A stretch of DNA of 64,000 nucleotides, taken from the NCBI GenBank assembly GCA_903866275.1, contig CAIPMU010000004.1, positions 3,812-67,811 on the forward strand, in the 5' to 3' direction. Shown here piece by piece: positions 60,022 to 64,000 of this stretch. The position numbers and the translations under genes were made by a program. Each line of letters opens with the position of its first letter. The first letter of the stretch is position 1. A model generated the notes under the pieces. The model did no database searches, was not told where the DNA came from, and was given only the letters and a program-made list of their open reading frames with translations. The DNA is from Vampirovibrio chlorellavorus. GTDB lineage: Bacteria > Cyanobacteriota > Vampirovibrionia > Vampirovibrionales > Vampirovibrionaceae.

Positions 60022-61899
60022 ATGATTATTCTTATGAAACGATTGACACGCTCACCGAATGTTTCGCTGTCGGCCTTGCTTGGGCTTGGCATTGGTCTGG
60101 GTCTTACTATTGGAATCTCCAGCCCGAGCTGGTCCCAGGTGATCCCCACACAGGCCAACCCCGGCTTACTGACGCCGAACCCCAGCAACATGCCCCTGAA
60201 CGACCAGCTGAAACAGCAAGATAAAAGTCTGGTCCCGACGGATATTCAGGGCGAAGTCAAGCTGGATGTTCCGGAACCCCCGACCATTGTGGAAGTGGAA
60301 GGCAACCAGTTTCATGTGATTAAAATTGAAGTGCAAGGCAACACCCTGATTGATGCCAAAGTACTGAACCCGGTAGTGGCCCCCTTTGAAGGCAAGGATC
60401 TCACCCTGAACGATCTGGGGCAGGCTGTGGAAAAGATCAATGAGCTGTATCGCAAGCGCGGTTTCCTCACCAGCATTGCCTACATTCCGCCGCAGGATAT
60501 TTCCCAGGGCAATGTGGTCATTCGGGTGCTGGAAGGTCAGGTTGGTAATATTTCCGTGGCGGGTAACAAGTTTTACCGTACTGGCATTCTGGCCCGCTAT
60601 CTGGATCAGGGAACCGGCGATCCCCTGAACATTCCCCAACTTGAAAAAAACCTGCGTCGCATTAACCGTCAAGGCGATTTCCGGGTTCGTGCCACCCTGT
60701 CTCCCAACGATACACCCGGCAAGACCAACATCAAGCTGGATGTGGAAGAACGCCAGCCCTGGCAAATTGGCCTGATCGCCGATAATCAGGGCCGACCTAC
60801 GATTGGTACCCAGCGCTGGGGCACCGAGTTGATCAACCGGAACGTCAGCGGTATTGGTGACCGCTTTACCGCTCGCTGGATCGGTGCCGCAGGCACACAG
60901 GCGGCTCTTGCCTCCTATTTTGTGCCGCTCAATCGGTATGGCACCGAACTGGGCACCACGTTCGGATTCAGCCATGTCAACGTGGATCTCAAGGGCGGAA
61001 ATCACGGCAACCTGATTGCCGGGGAAGCCATCAACTATGGCCTCATCCTGTCCCAGCCACTTAATCGGGAACACACATTTGTGGCGGATACCGGGCTGAA
61101 CTTCCGCCGGGTCTCCTCCTGGCTGAACGGAAACCGGGACAGTGTGCAAGATGATATTCGCTCGCTGCAATTCGGTCTGAACTTTGACAAGTTTGACCGC
61201 TATGGCCGAACATTCGCCCGCGCGCAAACGTCGATGGGAACCACCTGGTTCGGTGGTAACCGTCAGTTCTGGAAAGCGCAAACCACGGTGAACCGGATTG
61301 TCCGCCTGCCCAAAAACAACTTCCTGCTTCTGAGAAGCTATGCCCAGTTCACCCCGGATGCCCTGCCACCCGCAGAGCAGTTCCAGCTGGGGGGTGCTTA
61401 TAGCGTTCGCGGCTACACCGAGGGTGTATTGATCGGGGATCGGGGTTACCAGTTCTCGATTGAGCACCGCTGGCCCGTACCGGGCTTGCGTCTGGCATCG
61501 CCCTGGCTGGCTGACCGTGTGCAAGGGGCAACCTTCTTTGACTATGGTCGGACCTGGATGGACGCCAGTAACTCCCGCACCCCACAGCGTTCCGAGAAAA
61601 GCCTGGCCAGCGCTGGTTTGGGTGTTCGCTTCCGTCTGACCCAATACATGCAGGGCTTTGTCGACTTTGGCTTTGGCCTGCTGAGCCGTAGCGACATTGA
61701 GCCCAACGCGCAACCCACCGCCCGGATTCACTTCGGGGTTCGTTCCGATCTATTGTCGGATACCTACAAGGGTTGGGGTAATGATACGGCTCGCATCAAT
61801 GTGAAGCCTCGTTACAAACGGGCAGCCCAAAAAATCGATCAAAGCAAAAAAGAAGTGGGCATCACGCCCAACGGAAAACAGGAAAGCCCAAAGTCATAA
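60022..61899 (+). CDS. ShlB/FhaC/HecB (TpsB) outer-membrane transporter
   Basis: POTRA (VQGNTLI, LYRKRGF, PPQDI, VLEG), DNQG, EQFQLGGAYSVRGY, FFDYG, AGLGVRF. Confidence 0.93.
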   Translation: MIILMKRLTRSPNVSLSALLGLGIGLGLTIGISSPSWSQVIPTQANPGLLTPNPSNMPLNDQLKQQDKSLVPTDIQGEVKLDVPEPPTIVEVEGNQFHVIKIEVQGNTLIDAKVLNPVVAPFEGKDLTLNDLGQAVEKINELYRKRGFLTSIAYIPPQDISQGNVVIRVLEGQVGNISVAGNKFYRTGILARYLDQGTGDPLNIPQLEKNLRRINRQGDFRVRATLSPNDTPGKTNIKLDVEERQPWQIGLIADNQGRPTIGTQRWGTELINRNVSGIGDRFTARWIGAAGTQAALASYFVPLNRYGTELGTTFGFSHVNVDLKGGNHGNLIAGEAINYGLILSQPLNREHTFVADTGLNFRRVSSWLNGNRDSVQDDIRSLQFGLNFDKFDRYGRTFARAQTSMGTTWFGGNRQFWKAQTTVNRIVRLPKNNFLLLRSYAQFTPDALPPAEQFQLGGAYSVRGYTEGVLIGDRGYQFSIEHRWPVPGLRLASPWLADRVQGATFFDYGRTWMDASNSRTPQRSEKSLASAGLGVRFRLTQYMQGFVDFGFGLLSRSDIEPNAQPTARIHFGVRSDLLSDTYKGWGNDTARINVKPRYKRAAQKIDQSKKEVGITPNGKQESPKS

Positions 61900-61949
61900 G
61901 CGAGCCAGCTTAAGTCGTAAGCGCTTTTTTGCCAACCAATACTCAAGAC

Positions 61950-61990
61950 AAGCCAGCGGTTCAGTGTTTTTCTGGACCGCTGGTTTTGTT
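61950..61990 (+). terminator. Intrinsic terminator of tpsB
   Basis: AAGCCAGCGGTTCAG...CTGGACCGCTGGTTTT. Confidence 0.7.
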
Positions 61991-62143
61991 ATGTCAAAAT
62001 TCCCTGCACAGTCTTGGTCGTCCAGCGTCTCATAGCCGTAAAATTGCGTCTGAATGAGTGGGATTTAAAGCAGCGCTCTGATTTTTCAGGCATTACAGAG
62101 CTGCGATGGTAATAAAAATTAACCTAATTTAACGAATCTTTAT

Positions 62144-62170
62144 TCAAGATTGTTCCGCATTGGCCGAATA
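62144..62170 (+). promoter_or_regulatory. Putative sigma28-type promoter
   Basis: TCAA-N15-GCCGAATA, 38 nt before protease start. Confidence 0.55.
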
Positions 62171-62208
62171 CCACCCTTGTAGGTCATTAGAATCGCGGAG
62201 CGTTCTAT

Positions 62209-62850
62209 ATGTTGTTTCATCAAGGGAAAATCAGGATTTTATGGCTCAGCTTCATACTTTTGTCTTTCAGTGTGGCCAGTGTCAATGGGTCCGCCCTCGC
62301 ACCCGCACAGGAAACCAGTAATGATTCTGCCGAAGCCAGTGAATTCTTTAAAAAAGTGGCCAGCCAGACCCATAACCCACTGATAGCAGGATTGGCCCAG
62401 GAAAATGTAAGTCGATTGCAGCAAAAGCATGTACCGGTCGTCACCCGGCAGGTGGTGATTCCATTGATGGAACAACCGGATACCAGTTTGGTCGCCCCGA
62501 TTCTGATTAACAGCAAGGTGATGGCCACCTTCATGGTGGATACAGGCTCCAGCTATACGGTGATTACCCCTGCGTTGGCCCAGAAACTGGGCATCGTGAT
62601 CACACCGGATACCCCCAAAGTCTCGCTGATAACCGCCAATGGCGTGATTGAATCTCCCATTGTCATCCTGAGAAACATCTCCGTGGGTGGGGTCAAGGTA
62701 TCGGAAGTCAGTGCGGTGGTGCAGCAGTTGGGCAACGGCGACGATCTGTTACTCTCCGGACTGCTGGGCATGAACTTCTTCAAGGGCATGGATCTCAGCA
62801 TTCATGGGGATCAGCTGGTGATTGGCGTGAGAAATTCCAGCCCGGACTAG
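62209..62850 (+). CDS. Secreted retropepsin-like (clan AA) aspartic protease, paralog of 50218-50835
   Basis: Signal peptide, FMVDTGSS, TANG, LLGMNFF; GGAG SD. Confidence 0.9.
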   Translation: MLFHQGKIRILWLSFILLSFSVASVNGSALAPAQETSNDSAEASEFFKKVASQTHNPLIAGLAQENVSRLQQKHVPVVTRQVVIPLMEQPDTSLVAPILINSKVMATFMVDTGSSYTVITPALAQKLGIVITPDTPKVSLITANGVIESPIVILRNISVGGVKVSEVSAVVQQLGNGDDLLLSGLLGMNFFKGMDLSIHGDQLVIGVRNSSPD

Positions 62851-62866
62851 TGGGCTAAACGTTCAC

Positions 62867-64000
62867 TTAGTGATGTGGGTTCAGGTTGAGGAAAATTTCA
62901 ATCAGGATCAGCAGGATAATGATGATCTCCAGCATCTGGGCCTGAGAGCTGTTCACCCGATCGGTGAGTACCTGGTAGAGGTTGGCGATAATATCCAGCT
63001 TGCGGGAAATCGAGGCGTCCCAGGTGGGCAGGTAAAAGCGTTCGGAAGCGGCGGAATACACCCGCGCCAGATATAAGTCGCCAATCAGCTTGAGGGCATT
63101 GTCCACCCGCTCGGCCAGAACCGATGATTCCAGCCGCAGTTCGGCCAGCTCGTTAATGGACTGTCGGTAAGGAATGGACAGCGGCATAAACCACGCAGGC
63201 TGTTTCTGACTGATGCCTTCATAGTTCTTGATCCGTTTGTCCAGCTGGGCATCCATGTACCGGGCTTCCAGCAATTCCACATTCAACAGTTCCAGGACGT
63301 TCAGCGTATCCGTGTAGTCGGTGTCAAAGATAATGGCCGCGTTCCAGTCGATTAGCACCAAATCACGCTCGTAATAAGAAATTGCGCGGGAGAGGGCCTC
63401 CTTGCGCTGATGCTCGCTCAGCTTCTCCGTATCAAAGTGCAGCACCTGGGCCAGCACTTCGGCCTGCTGGGATAACAGGGTATCGGCGTTAAAAGGTTGA
63501 TCCAGCGGTTCAACACGCTCCAGAATGAAGACAAAATAGTCCTCTACCAGATCCGACAACTCCGGGCGCACAATGGCAGGCAAGATTTGCTGGATCAGCA
63601 GCTCCACCTGACCTCGGGCATGCGGTTCCAGGGCAACATCATAAATCTGTTTACTGGCCTGCGGCAGTTGATCCAGCGTGAGGGAGGACTCCCCCTCAGG
63701 CAATGACCATCGATAGGCAATACTGACCGCGCCAAAATCAAAGATGGTGGCCTGCATGTCCCCCGACCCATAATCCGGCATCACTTGTGTTTCACCCAGT
63801 GCATGCACATGCGGGGCTTGCGTGTATTGCAAATAATTGGGGGTGCGCTTCTTCCGGGTCAGAGGTTGCTTGGGATTGGAATCAAGCAACCGGCCCACCG
63901 CTTCCAGTGAAACTTCATAGCCAATATCAAAGGCGAAGAACGCCAGAACCTGCCCCTGCTGAATCCGGGGTGAAGCCCCCGAAGTGGAATCTGTAACCGT
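62867..64000 (-). CDS. RMD1/DUF155-like membrane protein, 5' end beyond window
   Basis: Frame stays open to 64000 (...VLAFFAFDIGYEVSL...); IFDFGAV, GDLYLARVY, LEIIIILLILIEI. Confidence 0.62.
   Translation of the reverse strand, partial: TVTDSTSGASPRIQQGQVLAFFAFDIGYEVSLEAVGRLLDSNPKQPLTRKKRTPNYLQYTQAPHVHALGETQVMPDYGSGDMQATIFDFGAVSIAYRWSLPEGESSLTLDQLPQASKQIYDVALEPHARGQVELLIQQILPAIVRPELSDLVEDYFVFILERVEPLDQPFNADTLLSQQAEVLAQVLHFDTEKLSEHQRKEALSRAISYYERDLVLIDWNAAIIFDTDYTDTLNVLELLNVELLEARYMDAQLDKRIKNYEGISQKQPAWFMPLSIPYRQSINELAELRLESSVLAERVDNALKLIGDLYLARVYSAASERFYLPTWDASISRKLDIIANLYQVLTDRVNSSQAQMLEIIIILLILIEIFLNLNPHH

Noticed and set aside
60166-61731. 521-aa minus-strand ORF
   Set aside because: Antisense shadow of tpsB with no recognisable motifs

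Overview
Chromosomal window of a diderm bacterium. Gene content suggests a non-photosynthetic cyanobacterial relative (Vampirovibrionia/Melainabacteria, possibly Vampirovibrio-like). This is an inference from the radical-SAM/rne pair, PBP-A-like serine hydrolase, TPR/retropepsin-rich secretome and absence of photosynthesis genes here. Contents, left to right: EF-hand protein, TetR, Spy/CpxP, PLP aminotransferase; a complete cecR-ybhGFSR-OMF efflux operon with a perfect 28-bp operator-like palindrome; two tRNA-Val genes enclosing a small islet (two-domain cytidine deaminase with N-terminal leader, REP-like repeat, orphan gene); ygfA; XRE regulator, pilM-pilN fusion and pilO; TPR proteins around a candidate structured ncRNA; radical SAM and rne; hisS, rph; ribE-ribBA-ribH; an AAA ATPase divergent from two TadG-like genes; rseP; tal; and a 12.6-kb block in which two paralogous secreted aspartic proteases flank a multi-PAS kinase, a REC-kinase and an atypical two-partner secretion pair. 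No CRISPR array, transposase, integrase or rRNA was seen. The best leads are the protease-flanked TPS block, the leader-bearing deaminase islet, two candidate ncRNAs and putative sigma28-type and sigmaB/SigF-type promoters.
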